A stretch of 64,000 nucleotides of DNA from a virus (lineage: Duplodnaviria; Caudoviricetes), in IMG/VR virus record IMGVR_UViG_3300029288_000076, positions 96,001 to 160,000 of that record; one strand, given 5' to 3'. This document shows, one piece after another, positions 1-10,367 of the stretch. Under the pieces are notes generated by a model. That model was not told the origin of the DNA. It worked only from the letters and a program-made list of their open reading frames with translations, and ran no database searches. The position numbers and the translations under genes were made by a program. How positions within the stretch are numbered: the first letter of the stretch is position 1; every line of letters begins with the position of its first letter.

Positions 1-35
1 ATTCTTTTCGCAGTTCATCTAATGATTTATGGTAT

Positions 36-356
36 TTAGGCATCGTTCCCTCCTACATATTTCTTTACCGCCTCAAGGATGGCGTGGTTTAAGTCGGGGG
101 CATAGAATCCAACCTCCCATTCCTTACCGGCTTCATATAACCGCACACCCCACATTCCCAGCTCGTAACTGTTGGTAGGTGGGATGATTTTGGGTGAGAC
201 ACCTTTCAAACCGAGCGCCTTCATCATCGCCACGCACCCGGCGTCGGAGAGAAGTTTTGCCTCGATCTTGCTGGCATCCTCGTGAAGTATCAGCTCTGTA
301 CTGATGTCTATCCCCACAAACTCGACTACCTTTCGTAACAGCGTAAGTTCGTCCAT
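36..356 (-). CDS. hypothetical phage protein (GC-rich segment)
   Basis: 106-aa ORF abutting 357..641; no recognisable motif. Confidence 0.6.
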   Translation of the reverse strand: MDELTLLRKVVEFVGIDISTELILHEDASKIEAKLLSDAGCVAMMKALGLKGVSPKIIPPTNSYELGMWGVRLYEAGKEWEVGFYAPDLNHAILEAVKKYVGGNDA

Positions 357-641
357 TTAGTCCTCCGGCTTGTAGTAGGCATTGAGGATTTTTGCAGTGT
401 TTCTTTTTGCTGGATCAGTATGATAAAGTTCGTTCCATATTTCCTCCAACGCCTTCTCCGCCCTCTCTCTCGCCTCGATCTCGGCGGTGAGGCGGGAGTT
501 GAGGTCGTCGAGCAACATGATAGCATCATCAAAAAGAAGTAGCTCTCTCCATGCGTAGTTAAACACACGCATAGATGGAAAATATTTCCCGCTTTTCTCT
601 ATTTCCGCTACTTCGGCTTTAAGTTCTTCATATTCCATCAC
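357..641 (-). CDS. hypothetical coiled-coil phage protein
   Basis: 94-aa ORF, 4-bp overlap with upstream gene, GGGAGAGAG before GTG. Confidence 0.6.
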   Translation of the reverse strand: MMEYEELKAEVAEIEKSGKYFPSMRVFNYAWRELLLFDDAIMLLDDLNSRLTAEIEARERAEKALEEIWNELYHTDPAKRNTAKILNAYYKPED

Positions 642-1132
642 TCTCTCCCGTCTGTGGTTATTGAGCGTTTTGATGGCCTAACAAATTTTTTGCTGAGCCA
701 CCAAGACTCATTGCGAAACCTCACTCTAAAAGTTTCGTCATTTTCTATAAGATCTATCTCACCTATAGAGTCAACTTCTGCTCCATGATGAAGTTCGATC
801 ACCTTTACACGCATACCTATTTCAGGTTTAAGTAACACTAATGCCTTACCAGATTCTGTTGTCCATATCAACCTTTCCCAAATCCAATATGTAATAAGTA
901 TTCTTACAATGCCGTCTTTCCAAGCAACACCTGCAACAATACTTACGATCTGACTCTTTGGAATCCAAGCCTGTTCGTCATCTTTGTCTTTGACCAAAAT
1001 TGCCTTATCAGTCTCCCTCACAATAATCATATCCTCTAAAGTTCGATAACTTCTACCGTTACCAGTATATCCATAGCCATCACCTTCTCCATTTTCCATA
1101 CGCTCAAACGCATCAAAAGAGTGTTCACTCAT
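638..1132 (-). CDS. conserved hypothetical phage protein (ETDKAIL...WIPKSQI type, SH3-like)
   Basis: RETDKAILVK...AWIPKSQI motif typical of small phage beta-barrel proteins. Confidence 0.6.
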   Translation of the reverse strand: MSEHSFDAFERMENGEGDGYGYTGNGRSYRTLEDMIIVRETDKAILVKDKDDEQAWIPKSQIVSIVAGVAWKDGIVRILITYWIWERLIWTTESGKALVLLKPEIGMRVKVIELHHGAEVDSIGEIDLIENDETFRVRFRNESWWLSKKFVRPSKRSITTDGRE

Positions 1133-1415
1133 TTACGAAATCCTTTCTACCTAATTTTTTAATATCTTCAACAGATAACTTAACTAATTTAGATAGCTTT
1201 TCATCATCATTATTTTTTATAGCTTCATCAAGATCTTTTTTATGTATTTCAATTCCTCTATCAAAACATTTCCATTCATAATCAAACTGTTTAGATTGTC
1301 TTCTTAATTCTCTCAATGATGAGACTTTACTTGATCTAGATATAAAAATATAGAAAAATATACAGACAATAATAGAACCAAAGATAAAAAGTAAAATTTG
1401 ATTAATCATTTGCAA
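1125..1415 (-). CDS. membrane-anchored hypothetical protein
   Basis: N-terminal hydrophobic helix; overlaps both neighbours. Confidence 0.55.
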   Translation of the reverse strand: MQMINQILLFIFGSIIVCIFFYIFISRSSKVSSLRELRRQSKQFDYEWKCFDRGIEIHKKDLDEAIKNNDDEKLSKLVKLSVEDIKKLGRKDFVNE

Positions 1416-2020
1416 ATTCCTCTTACATATTCCAATACCTCTTGACTATTCATAAACTTATTTATAGCAAATATACAAGCATTCTTAAATTTAAAATGAT
1501 CTATTTTATTTTCATTTAAAACACCAGACCATCCAACAGGCAAAAATCCCACAACACCACGATTAACTATTTTTATAATAAGAAAAGGAATTCTATCTCC
1601 TCCACCAGAAATGCTGCTTTCTCCAGATAAGAAATAAGAAGGCTCTTTGTCTGATTCATATTCTAAAGTATTACGTTGAGACAATATAACACTTTCAATA
1701 ATTATAGATTCTTCTACTAGTTTCTCCCACCAACCCCATACTTGCTTATCAGTTCCTTTTATCAAACAAAATAGATCTATTCCTGTATATCGTTTTAATT
1801 CAAATACAAAATTCTCAATCAACGGCCTACCAATTTCTTTATTATAAGAAATATCACCTTTTTGAGATTGCAAATCAGAATGAACTGTTCCTCTTGCTCC
1901 TGAAGAATCAGTACGCCAAAAGACATTTTTGTCTTCATTACTAGTCCACCAAAGAGAAAGCTTTTTAGCAAACTCTCTTTCCCATGAATTACCAAGCGCT
2001 TTAGGATTTTTTTTAGTCAT
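1406..2020 (-). CDS. Holliday junction resolvase, PD-(D/E)XK (Hjc-like phage type)
   Basis: GNSWERE...FWRTDSSGA...GDI...FELKRY motif pattern. Confidence 0.75.
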   Translation of the reverse strand: MTKKNPKALGNSWEREFAKKLSLWWTSNEDKNVFWRTDSSGARGTVHSDLQSQKGDISYNKEIGRPLIENFVFELKRYTGIDLFCLIKGTDKQVWGWWEKLVEESIIIESVILSQRNTLEYESDKEPSYFLSGESSISGGGDRIPFLIIKIVNRGVVGFLPVGWSGVLNENKIDHFKFKNACIFAINKFMNSQEVLEYVRGICK

Positions 2021-2035
2021 TAATCGAATTTTCTC

Positions 2036-2290
2036 CTACCAATCATCTTCCATTATCCCAAAACCTGTTAAATCTCTATACCAATATCCAGCCATGAATG
2101 GCCCAATGTTATTATCTTTTTCTTGAGCTTCTTTATATCCATCGCGCTTACTACGCTCATAATCACTAAGAACTTCATTTTTAGAAGGAGACTGCTGCTG
2201 GTTTGGAACACAACTTGTAGCAAATAGAAAAACATAGCTAAGGAAAATTAAATTAATAATAACTAACAAAAAATATGCTACTTTTTTCAT
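2036..2290 (-). CDS. putative lipoprotein
   Basis: KK, hydrophobic stretch, then FATSC lipobox-like motif. Confidence 0.5.
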   Translation of the reverse strand: MKKVAYFLLVIINLIFLSYVFLFATSCVPNQQQSPSKNEVLSDYERSKRDGYKEAQEKDNNIGPFMAGYWYRDLTGFGIMEDDW

Positions 2291-2314
2291 GTTTACTCTC
2301 TTTATAAATATTCC

Positions 2315-2351
2315 TCTATTTCTTTTTCAGTCCATTTTATTTCTTTACCAT
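2315..2351. repeat. 37-bp direct repeat of the 3' end of ORF 2553..2867 (other copy 2566..2602)
   Basis: tctatttctttttcagtccattttat(t/c)tctttaccat, 36/37 identical. Confidence 0.9.
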
Positions 2352-2380
2352 AAATTATCAAACACTTTATGATTTTTTAG

Positions 2381-2542
2381 TCATTTTCTTTTATATTTAA
2401 CTAATTCTCTCTTAAAAACAAATACATTATTTTGTGTACAACACACCAATTCCCAGCCATCTAAGCCTGCTCTCTGTATCATACATTCCCAACTATCTGG
2501 AAAAAGTTGAGGAGTTATAATATAATATTCCCACTTTTTCAT
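2381..2542 (-). CDS. DUF4177-like small protein (53 aa, not in ORF track)
   Basis: Manual translation MKKWEYYIITPQ...AGLDGWELVCC...FVFKRE matches the WEY..GWELV..FKR pattern. Confidence 0.65.
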   Translation of the reverse strand: MKKWEYYIITPQLFPDSWECMIQRAGLDGWELVCCTQNNVFVFKRELVKYKRK

Positions 2543-2552
2543 TTCTACTTTC

Positions 2553-2867
2553 CTATAAGTACTTTTCTATTTCTTTTTCAGTCCATTTTATCTCTTTACC
2601 ATTCTCTAAAACAAGTTTAGTAAAGATAACAGGGCCACTAGACCAAGGACTACATTGTTCAACTTCTTTGACCTCTGTACCATTCTTTAACTTATAACTA
2701 AATATAGAAATATCTTCACCAAACATTCCTTTTACATTATCATAGGCTTCCCTATTATAGCCACCTTTCATCCCACACCAAATACAATCTTCATTTTTGA
2801 TAGCATTCTCAACTAGAAACTTTTTAGCTTTTTCAGGTAAACCTACAAATTGAGTTTCTCTAGACAT
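2553..2867 (-). CDS. conserved hypothetical phage protein
   Basis: 104 aa; MSRETQFVGL...EQCSPWSSGPVIF. Confidence 0.65.
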   Translation of the reverse strand: MSRETQFVGLPEKAKKFLVENAIKNEDCIWCGMKGGYNREAYDNVKGMFGEDISIFSYKLKNGTEVKEVEQCSPWSSGPVIFTKLVLENGKEIKWTEKEIEKYL

Positions 2868-3046
2868 TTATGTTATCCTTAATAGACCTTTCTCTTAAAA
2901 CAGCCTCAATACAATATTTTATAAAGACTTCGTTCTTATTTTTTGATTTTAATTTATCTAAAATAGAATGTAAAGTATTAAAATCTTTTTGTCTATAATA
3001 ATCAATAACAACATCAGTAATAATTTTAGATAAATGTTGCTTGTAA

Positions 3047-3358
3047 TTAATCATTTAAACTTATTCCCATATTTATTACTTCTCTTCTATTAAATCTCTT
3101 ACCATCAAACTGATTAGGACATTTTTTAGAATGTGGCATACACTCTTTTAGACAACAGTTTAAGCATTTATTTATCTGCTCTGGTGTATCTTCATGACAA
3201 TAGATTTTTAAGCCAGCTGGCTTGTTTTTGTATTTTAATATGCTTACTTGCTGTTGAGAAATCTTAAACATTTTAGCAATAAGCTTTTGTGGAACACTAG
3301 AATATGCTAATTTTAAAAGCAGCCAAAGTTCACCTTCTTTAAGATTTTTGCTTTTCAT
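3047..3358 (-). CDS. HTH DNA-binding protein with Cys-rich C-terminus
   Basis: PQKLIAKMFKISQQQVS HTH followed by CLNCC..C..C. Confidence 0.6.
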   Translation of the reverse strand: MKSKNLKEGELWLLLKLAYSSVPQKLIAKMFKISQQQVSILKYKNKPAGLKIYCHEDTPEQINKCLNCCLKECMPHSKKCPNQFDGKRFNRREVINMGISLND

Positions 3359-3367
3359 AGATTAGCT

Positions 3368-3607
3368 TTATCCATCATCTTCTGCTTTTTTAAAACACTT
3401 ATCAGCAGCCCTTATAAAATCTAGCCTCTCTTCAAATTCTTCTACCATCTTTTGAAAATCAATTATTGTAACACCAACAATTGCATCAGTATTCATATCG
3501 TGTCTAACAAGAATTCCTTCTTCTACTTCATCACAAATAGCGGGAACAGGAGGCTCTACAAATGAGATATAAAGAACATCACTTTCTCTGTCATAATTAA
3601 TCCCCAT
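3368..3607 (-). CDS. DUF2283-domain protein (antitoxin-like)
   Basis: YDRESDVLYISF...EVEEGILVRHD...IVGVTIIDF signature. Confidence 0.8.
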   Translation of the reverse strand: MGINYDRESDVLYISFVEPPVPAICDEVEEGILVRHDMNTDAIVGVTIIDFQKMVEEFEERLDFIRAADKCFKKAEDDG

Positions 3608-4165
3608 TTATTCACCTGCACGCCTTCTTGGAAGGTGACTTAAAGCATCTTTCCAATTTTCATATCTAGGAAGCCTAAAGAACTTGCGCTCTTTATATTG
3701 TTTATCTAAGATTTTTCTCATACCTTCTTCAATCACTTTCCCCATGCTATATCTTTCCATGGTATTTTCTCCTCTTTAGAAACTATAACAAAAATTCCAC
3801 AATCAGCACATTGATATGCTTGGCCTTTTTCTTTAATATCAATCTTTTCTATTGGACGGCCAGTTTTCCAATTAATAATATTTTCTACAGGAATCATAAC
3901 AGACATGCAAGTTCCACAATACAAAATCATAATTATTCTTCCTTTTTGATTACCATCTTTTAAATCCTCTCATATACTTAACACTCAACTCTTCCCAAGT
4001 AAGTGACTTACAACTTTTAGATAAATCAATAGATGTTTCAACTATATCCCTTGAACCGCCAATGTAAAATCCAGGTTGGTAAGACTTCTTTATCGTTTCA
4101 TTGTAAAAGTCCATTTCAACATTTTCTGGAAAATGTATAAACATTTTCAATACCTCTTATTTAAT

Positions 4166-4381
4166 TTAATTTAATTTATTAGCATACCTTCTAAAAACAA
4201 AAAATACTCCAGCATAACACGTTCCTACAGCACAACATACTGGCTCCCAACCATTTTTATCTAACTTTTTAATTCTATTTTCAAAAACAAAAGCTGACGC
4301 TTCTGCTGGTATTTGATGGTAATCAAATACAGTGCAATAATCACATTTCTTACTCATTTCTTTCAATTGTCTTTTGGTCAT
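4166..4381 (-). CDS. DUF4177-like small protein
   Basis: FDY...KNGWEPVCC...FVFRR, similar to 2381..2542. Confidence 0.45.
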   Translation of the reverse strand: MTKRQLKEMSKKCDYCTVFDYHQIPAEASAFVFENRIKKLDKNGWEPVCCAVGTCYAGVFFVFRRYANKLN

Positions 4382-5433
4382 TCTTTTTTAATAAGCCAAA
4401 CCGCCAGAAAATAATACTCAAGATACCAATATAAATAATAGGTGTCCCAAATATAATTATAAATATTATCTCATTTTTCATTTTATCTCCATCAATCCAA
4501 TACCTTCTGGAAAAATAATATACATTTTATTTCTCCTTTTCACCTAAAGGCCAGGGTTCTTCTCCTTCTAATATTGGCCTTTTTCTCTTATGAGGTTCTA
4601 CAATAACTGGGTCTTTTTTCTTATGACCAAGCTTTTTTAATTCTTCTGCTAATTTCATTGACTCTTTTAACAGATTAAGATCAATCTTTTGCTTTTTCAT
4701 TTTTGCCATCCTATAACAACATTGAAGAATTTAAAAGACATATCAATCTCACCTTTCATACAGGGCGGTTCAGCTTTAATATATCTCCAATCTCCTGGAC
4801 ATTTAATAACCATAATCCAAAATAATAAATTATTATTGCTCACTCTTTTTAGCTAATTCTTTTTTTAAACTTTTATATCTTTCTAATATCTTTTTCTTGC
4901 GTTTGGGATTAGTTTCAAGCTCAAAATATTCTGCCCATCCACCAAACCAATTACAAATATTGCTAAACATATCTTCTAGATATAAAAACAAATAAGCTAA
5001 AGCTCTATAAAATCTAATTTTCATTTTCATACTTCATTGTAACTTCTTTAATCAATCTTTGTATTTCAGGATCTTTTGAAAGATAGAAATAATCCCCCAT
5101 TAACTCGCATTGCCAGCTTAGTTCATCTAGCAAATTCTCAATCCAGTTTATTCTCTTACAGCTTAAGAAACAAAATAGGTTATCAAGTCTATAAAATAAC
5201 CAACCTAAACTTTTGTAGAAAAGTTGCTTAATTTTCTTCATTAAATATCTTCTCTTTCTCATCAACCCACATTACAATAGTGTCTGCTAAGCCAACTAAA
5301 AATCCTACAACAAATTCTACAAAAAGAATTATTGGAAAAGATATAATTAGAAGAACAGTAAACCAAATCAACCTACAATATTTTATAATAGTTGTTTGAT
5401 ATAAATTAATGCCGGCTAAATTACTAAAATACT

Positions 5434-5823
5434 TTAAAAATGCGTTATTTGTCTTAGCCATTTTTCTTCCTCTATTCTAGTTGCTAATTCTCTTATTCTT
5501 TCAACTAAATACTCACGTTCTTCTTTTGTTAACTTTTCAATTTTTGTTTCATCAATGAAAAACTGAACAAGATTTCCATCATGATTTTTTGACAATCCAA
5601 ATTCAATCCAAGAATCAATTATAAACTTTTTATCCTTAGTTGGACTCATATGATAAGCACAACCACCATCGCAATCACATGGAAGTTTATAACCAGGTTT
5701 GCAATCTGATGTGACATCACAACACGGCATAAGATTACTAAGAAGACAATTACAATTATGAGTATAAAGACCATCATAGCCATTCTTAATAAGATAGTCT
5801 TTTGTAATTTCTAAAACATTCAT
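5434..5823 (-). CDS. Cys-rich conserved phage protein
   Basis: YLIKNGYDGLY..CNC..LMPC..CKPGY. Confidence 0.6.
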   Translation of the reverse strand: MNVLEITKDYLIKNGYDGLYTHNCNCLLSNLMPCCDVTSDCKPGYKLPCDCDGGCAYHMSPTKDKKFIIDSWIEFGLSKNHDGNLVQFFIDETKIEKLTKEEREYLVERIRELATRIEEEKWLRQITHF

Positions 5824-6335
5824 TATTTTACCTCCATCAATCCAATATCTTCTGGAATTGGAGAATAGAAATAATAAAAGAATTCAGGTTGACTTTCTAA
5901 CAATCCTAAATAGCTTCCAAGTCTTTCGTTGTAATTAGCAATATTATTTCTCCAATCTACTTGAGTATCTACTACCTTCTCTCCAAGTTTCCATTCCCCA
6001 GCATTAAGTAACTGGCCATTCACTTCATATTTTACATTCCCAGCCATATCAATTGTCTTTTCATAAACCGGAATAGTTCTAATAAAAGCTCTATACTCTC
6101 CATAAAATTTAGCAGAAGCAACTTTATTAGCAAGTCCTACAGCAGAAAAGGTAAATAAAAGGCAACAAAAAACAACAGTAGCAATTATAACAGCAAATCC
6201 TTCTGGCTTATTATAGCGATTGCGATCAGCGCTTTTATTCCATAAAAATAACTGCAAATTGTATATTCCAATACATAAACCTATTGCAAAAACAAAAATT
6301 AGAAAGTTAATTAAAAAAAACATTCCAATACTCAT
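5823..6335 (-). CDS. membrane protein (probable paralog of 28262..28765)
   Basis: Two N-terminal TM helices; similar C-terminal region. Confidence 0.6.
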   Translation of the reverse strand: MSIGMFFLINFLIFVFAIGLCIGIYNLQLFLWNKSADRNRYNKPEGFAVIIATVVFCCLLFTFSAVGLANKVASAKFYGEYRAFIRTIPVYEKTIDMAGNVKYEVNGQLLNAGEWKLGEKVVDTQVDWRNNIANYNERLGSYLGLLESQPEFFYYFYSPIPEDIGLMEVK

Positions 6336-7144
6336 TTTACTCTCCTAAATTATTGTGTCAATTACTTGTTTTTAAATCACCATCTTGATCAATATAAACT
6401 TCTTCTTTGTCTTTAATTCCTAAAAATCTCCTTAATAAACCTAAAATTCTTCCTTTATCCCATATACAATAGATACTCATTCTTGATGAAGATCCATCAA
6501 CTAAAAATCTATTAAAACCTTTAATTTTAACAATCTTATATCCATAATCTGAATGTGTTTCTGCAAAGTATAACCACTCAAAGAACTTGATTAAGTACTT
6601 ATTTGTGTTTAGCAAGAAAATATCCCCATATTTTGAGAGGTCCAAAATATAAATCAAATGCTGGAGTAAATATGCATGGCCAATATATTAATGAAATACC
6701 AAAAGCAATTTTATAAGGATAAAACTTAAACCCTATTCCAAATTTTTCACTAAGAAATTCTATCTCTTTAGCTTTCACGTTAGCAAACACATAAATAAAA
6801 TACAAGAAATAATAATCATACCATAAACAAAAACCATAAAAGCAATTTGAATAAAGAAACCCGATAAATTGTCTTCCTTTTTAGCTTCTTTATATGATAA
6901 CCATCTATCCTCTAACATTTCAGACATCTTACAACCCTTTTGATTTTAAATGTGGATGCAGATCTTCTATTTCCTTTCTCCTATATTCTTTAAGCTCTTT
7001 CATTAACCATTCAAAATCAGTAATTATAATATCAAATTCCCTGTCATATCTATTATCACAAAAAGCTTGCATCTTCTTTTTTATCTTATAAATTCTTGAT
7101 AAAGCAGTTATGTCTCTCATTCTTCATAACCTTTAATAAAATAT

Positions 7145-7278
7145 AAGAGAGGTGGTCAAGACCTTCTTAACTAACTGATACTACAACATAAGAAACGCAT
7201 CTAGCTTGTTTTCTACTTTTCAAAATCTTTAAAAGATTTAAAATTATTATCAGCTACCACCTTACTGGCACCTCTCTT
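7145..7278 (-). ncRNA. candidate structured ncRNA or 5' leader (strand inferred from adjacent promoter)
   Basis: Intergenic; 10-bp terminal stem AAGAGAGGTG/CACCTCTCTT, inner AGCTGATA/TATCAGTT and AAATCTTT/AAAGATTT; starts about 22 nt downstream of the 21-bp promoter motif. Confidence 0.45.
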
Positions 7279-7300
7279 TTCGCATTACTTTTTATCTCTT

Positions 7301-7321
7301 ATACTATATTATATTTTAAAA
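7301..7321 (-). promoter_or_regulatory. conserved phage promoter TTTTAAAATATAATATAGTAT
   Basis: Exact 21-mer found six times upstream of minus-strand genes; contains TATAAT. Confidence 0.8.
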
Positions 7322-7511
7322 ACACATTCTTAGAAGTTGTATGAACTTTTTACAATTTTTACTTCAACTTCAAAGTATCTTGAGCAAACACCACAAAAAG
7401 ATTTTATTATTTTTATTTTCTTAGTAAATTCATGTGAACAAAGAGAACCACAATAAGGGCATTTTACTTCTGTAACCCATACTTTCCACATTTTCATTAT
7501 TGGTTTAGCAG

Positions 7512-8756
7512 TCATCCTTTTATAACTCCTAATGGATACAACTTCACCAATGGTTTTACTAAATCTTTTTGAGCTTCCATTACTAAATCAATGTCTTTAT
7601 AAGCTTGTGGAGCTTCACTTAAATCTATTTTTTGCTCTCTATTTTTCCGCTTCTCAGTTTTACCCCATCCTTCATAAACAATATCTTTCATTGCTTCATT
7701 ACATTCTTCAATAGTCAAAGTATCTGAAGCTTTTGAACGAGCCATCCTTCTTCCAGCTCCATGACTACAAGATTCAAATGAATCTTTATTACCTAATCCT
7801 TCAACTATGTAACTAGGAGTGCCCATTGACCCTGGGATAATACCAATTTGACCTAATCTCGCTTGCGTTGCTCCTTTACGATGAATCCAAAGATTCTGAC
7901 CAAAGTGATTTTCTAATTGAGCAAAATTATGATTGATATCTATTTCGCGTTCATAAGAATGGAAAAATCCTTTTTTGTTAAAAGTATGTTCCAAAGCTAT
8001 TTTAAATTTCTCCATCAAACGCTTTCTATTTTCTTCAGCAAATTCCATACACCATTTCATGTGCTTTATATACTCTTTTCCCGCATCATCATCTACGGGT
8101 AAGAAAGCAAGATCTTTATTAGGAATAGCAGCTTGCCATTTTCTATTCAGTTCCAATGCCTTTTTATTATAATAGTCAGCAATAACTGCGCCTAAGTTTC
8201 TAGAACCAGAATGAACCATAAGCCAAACAAATCCATCATCTGATTTTTGAAGTTCTATAAAATGGTTACCACCGCCTAAAGTTCCTAAACTTTTTTCTGC
8301 TCTATCCTGAGTTTTATAACCTTCATTCCACCCAGCTCTGTTGTTATTAAAAATAACAGTAAACATATTATGACGTATGCCTTCATTCACAAAAGTAATC
8401 CACTCTTGCTTTTCTGAATGAACGCTAAAACCAACTGGAATATCTCTTTTTGTAGAATGGAGGATCTCTTGAATAGTTTCTTTATCTAAAATATCAGCGG
8501 GAATATTTGTTTCAACTGCTCGCATTCCACAACTTATATCTTTCCCTACAGCATTGGGAATCACTGCATTTTTACAAGCTATAACTCCGCCTATAGGCAT
8601 TCCATATCCTTCATGGCAATCTGGCATTAGTGCAACATGTCTAACAACTACAGGATGATTGGCTAAAGCAATTGCTTGAGACATAGCTCCTTGCTCTAAA
8701 GGACTACACCAAGATTTGATAGGAATTTTACATCCTATAGTTTGAACCCATTCCAT
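7512..8756 (-). CDS. rtcB: RtcB RNA ligase (2',3'-cyclic phosphate or 3'-P to 5'-OH)
   Basis: MPDCHEGYGMPIG, DISCGM, GTLGGGNHFIE, HSGSR, HRKGAT, IPGSMG, SHGAGR, EAPQAYKDI motifs. Confidence 0.97.
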   Translation of the reverse strand: MEWVQTIGCKIPIKSWCSPLEQGAMSQAIALANHPVVVRHVALMPDCHEGYGMPIGGVIACKNAVIPNAVGKDISCGMRAVETNIPADILDKETIQEILHSTKRDIPVGFSVHSEKQEWITFVNEGIRHNMFTVIFNNNRAGWNEGYKTQDRAEKSLGTLGGGNHFIELQKSDDGFVWLMVHSGSRNLGAVIADYYNKKALELNRKWQAAIPNKDLAFLPVDDDAGKEYIKHMKWCMEFAEENRKRLMEKFKIALEHTFNKKGFFHSYEREIDINHNFAQLENHFGQNLWIHRKGATQARLGQIGIIPGSMGTPSYIVEGLGNKDSFESCSHGAGRRMARSKASDTLTIEECNEAMKDIVYEGWGKTEKRKNREQKIDLSEAPQAYKDIDLVMEAQKDLVKPLVKLYPLGVIKG

Positions 8757-8769
8757 TATTACACCTTTA

Positions 8770-8973
8770 TTATGATAGATGCTTGTTAATATTTTCCCAA
8801 ATCACATCTGTTGGTAGGTGCTTGTTAATATTTCCCCAAACCACATCTGTTTCCCACTCAACAAGTGTTTCTACTATTGTGCGAAGAATAACATAAACAA
8901 GCACTGTTAAAAAACAAGGTAGCATAAGAATAGAAAAAAATATAAATAATAGAATAGCAATTAAAGTTCGCAT
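8770..8973 (-). CDS. small membrane protein with internal 39-bp tandem duplication
   Basis: TDVVWGNINKHL / TDVIWENINKHL; DNA copies 8780..8812 and 8819..8851. Confidence 0.55.
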   Translation of the reverse strand: MRTLIAILLFIFFSILMLPCFLTVLVYVILRTIVETLVEWETDVVWGNINKHLPTDVIWENINKHLS

Positions 8974-8987
8974 TTTTTACTCCTTAT

Positions 8988-9009
8988 ATACTATAACATT
9001 TTTCAAAAA
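8988..9009 (-). promoter_or_regulatory. variant of the phage promoter motif, upstream of the rtcB unit
   Basis: TTTTGAAAAATGTTATAGTAT resembles the 21-mer. Confidence 0.45.
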
Positions 9010-9315
9010 TAAATTCACCCAAACATGAATTACAAAGTATATGCTTAAAAATAAGGAAAAATTTTTTGATAATGGTGTTAGTTCTTCTCATTTCGCTTGT
9101 CTTTAATGCTTTTTCAATGGAACTAAAAGTTCATCAATATTATCAAAACTTAAAGCATGATGAATGAAAAGCTGAACAGTGTTCTCACTATCATCATCTA
9201 ATGGTTCTTCGCACTCACAAATCCAATAACTGTGTGACCAAACTCCTTCTTCATTTTGAATAGAAGCTTTTATCATTTCAGCTTGGCAATAAGGACATAT
9301 TGGATTTTCCATAAT

Positions 9316-9714
9316 CTACTCCACAACCTTAAAAACAATATCATCTCTTAATACATTTGAATCTGGATTCTTATCATAAAAATCTTTTTGTATCACAGAA
9401 AAACAGCCTAACTTTCTACTCCAATCCCAAAACATCTTATTATGGACATCATCAGTTAACTCGCCAGACTTACTTTGATACCAATGTATCATTTCATGTC
9501 TAAGTTCTTTTTTTATTATTTCGTCATCTTCAGCAAAAAGCTTCCTAGATATTAAGATCTCATTATCATCAAAAACAAAAAATGCTACAAATTCACTTGT
9601 CTTAAAATCTCCAATCTGTATTGAAGGTAATTCAGATTTTGGAAGATGAAAATATTTTGAGTTAATTTCCTCACAGTAACTTAGAAGCTCTTTCTTTTTC
9701 ATTCTATCTACCAT
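9316..9714 (-). CDS. SprT-like zinc metalloprotease domain protein
   Basis: LRHEMIH (HExxH) and a downstream H..F. Confidence 0.8.
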   Translation of the reverse strand: MVDRMKKKELLSYCEEINSKYFHLPKSELPSIQIGDFKTSEFVAFFVFDDNEILISRKLFAEDDEIIKKELRHEMIHWYQSKSGELTDDVHNKMFWDWSRKLGCFSVIQKDFYDKNPDSNVLRDDIVFKVVE

Positions 9715-9998
9715 TTATAAGAATTTCTTCTTAAAGCTTTTTCAAAACTATTTCTTTCATTTCGCCAAAGCATATACAAAAACGGGAAGCTTTTCTCAAT
9801 AATTTCTAACGAAAAAGGAAGCAAATAAGTAAGTGACGTGTGAACTTTAATATAACACCAAGGATCAATAAAAGTATAAAAACTTGACATAGATGAAAAT
9901 CTTATAGACCATAAAGATGCTAAAGCTTCTAAGTATTCTATCTTTTGTTCATCATAAACATAAAACATATTTTTCTAAATAGATAATTGTTTATTTTA

Positions 9999-10367
9999 TT
10001 AGTACACTTTATCTACATAAATCACTATAAAATTCAATCCATTATCTATAGCCCCAGATGCCCTTACGCGTTTGCCTATCAACCCATCCATTGGCTCATC
10101 ATATGAACGTACTAAAAATCCCTCCTTAGTTGTATACGTATATATTATATATGTGGGAAGCAAAAAAGGACCTTCTTTTATAGTTTTTTCAAGCCTACTA
10201 GTTATTGTAAATTCCATCTGTACATCTATCCCATAAGGAAAATCTCCTCTATAGGTAGCCATATCTTCTTTTGTTATGAGCTGAGGAGCTGCGCTTAAGC
10301 AGACCACCATGATCAACGATATAACAAAAAATAAATTTAAAAATAAGAAAAAAGTTCTTTTTTTCAT
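9999..10367 (-). CDS. secreted or membrane-anchored protein (YTTKEGFLV family)
   Basis: Signal peptide; FTITSRL..YTYTTKEGFLV..DGLIGK shared with 10655..10951. Confidence 0.65.
   Translation of the reverse strand: MKKRTFFLFLNLFFVISLIMVVCLSAAPQLITKEDMATYRGDFPYGIDVQMEFTITSRLEKTIKEGPFLLPTYIIYTYTTKEGFLVRSYDEPMDGLIGKRVRASGAIDNGLNFIVIYVDKVY

Noticed and set aside
7145-7278. Lysine riboswitch (AGAGGTGC...AGTA)
   Set aside because: Only the first words match; spacing and downstream helices do not fit, and no lysine gene follows.
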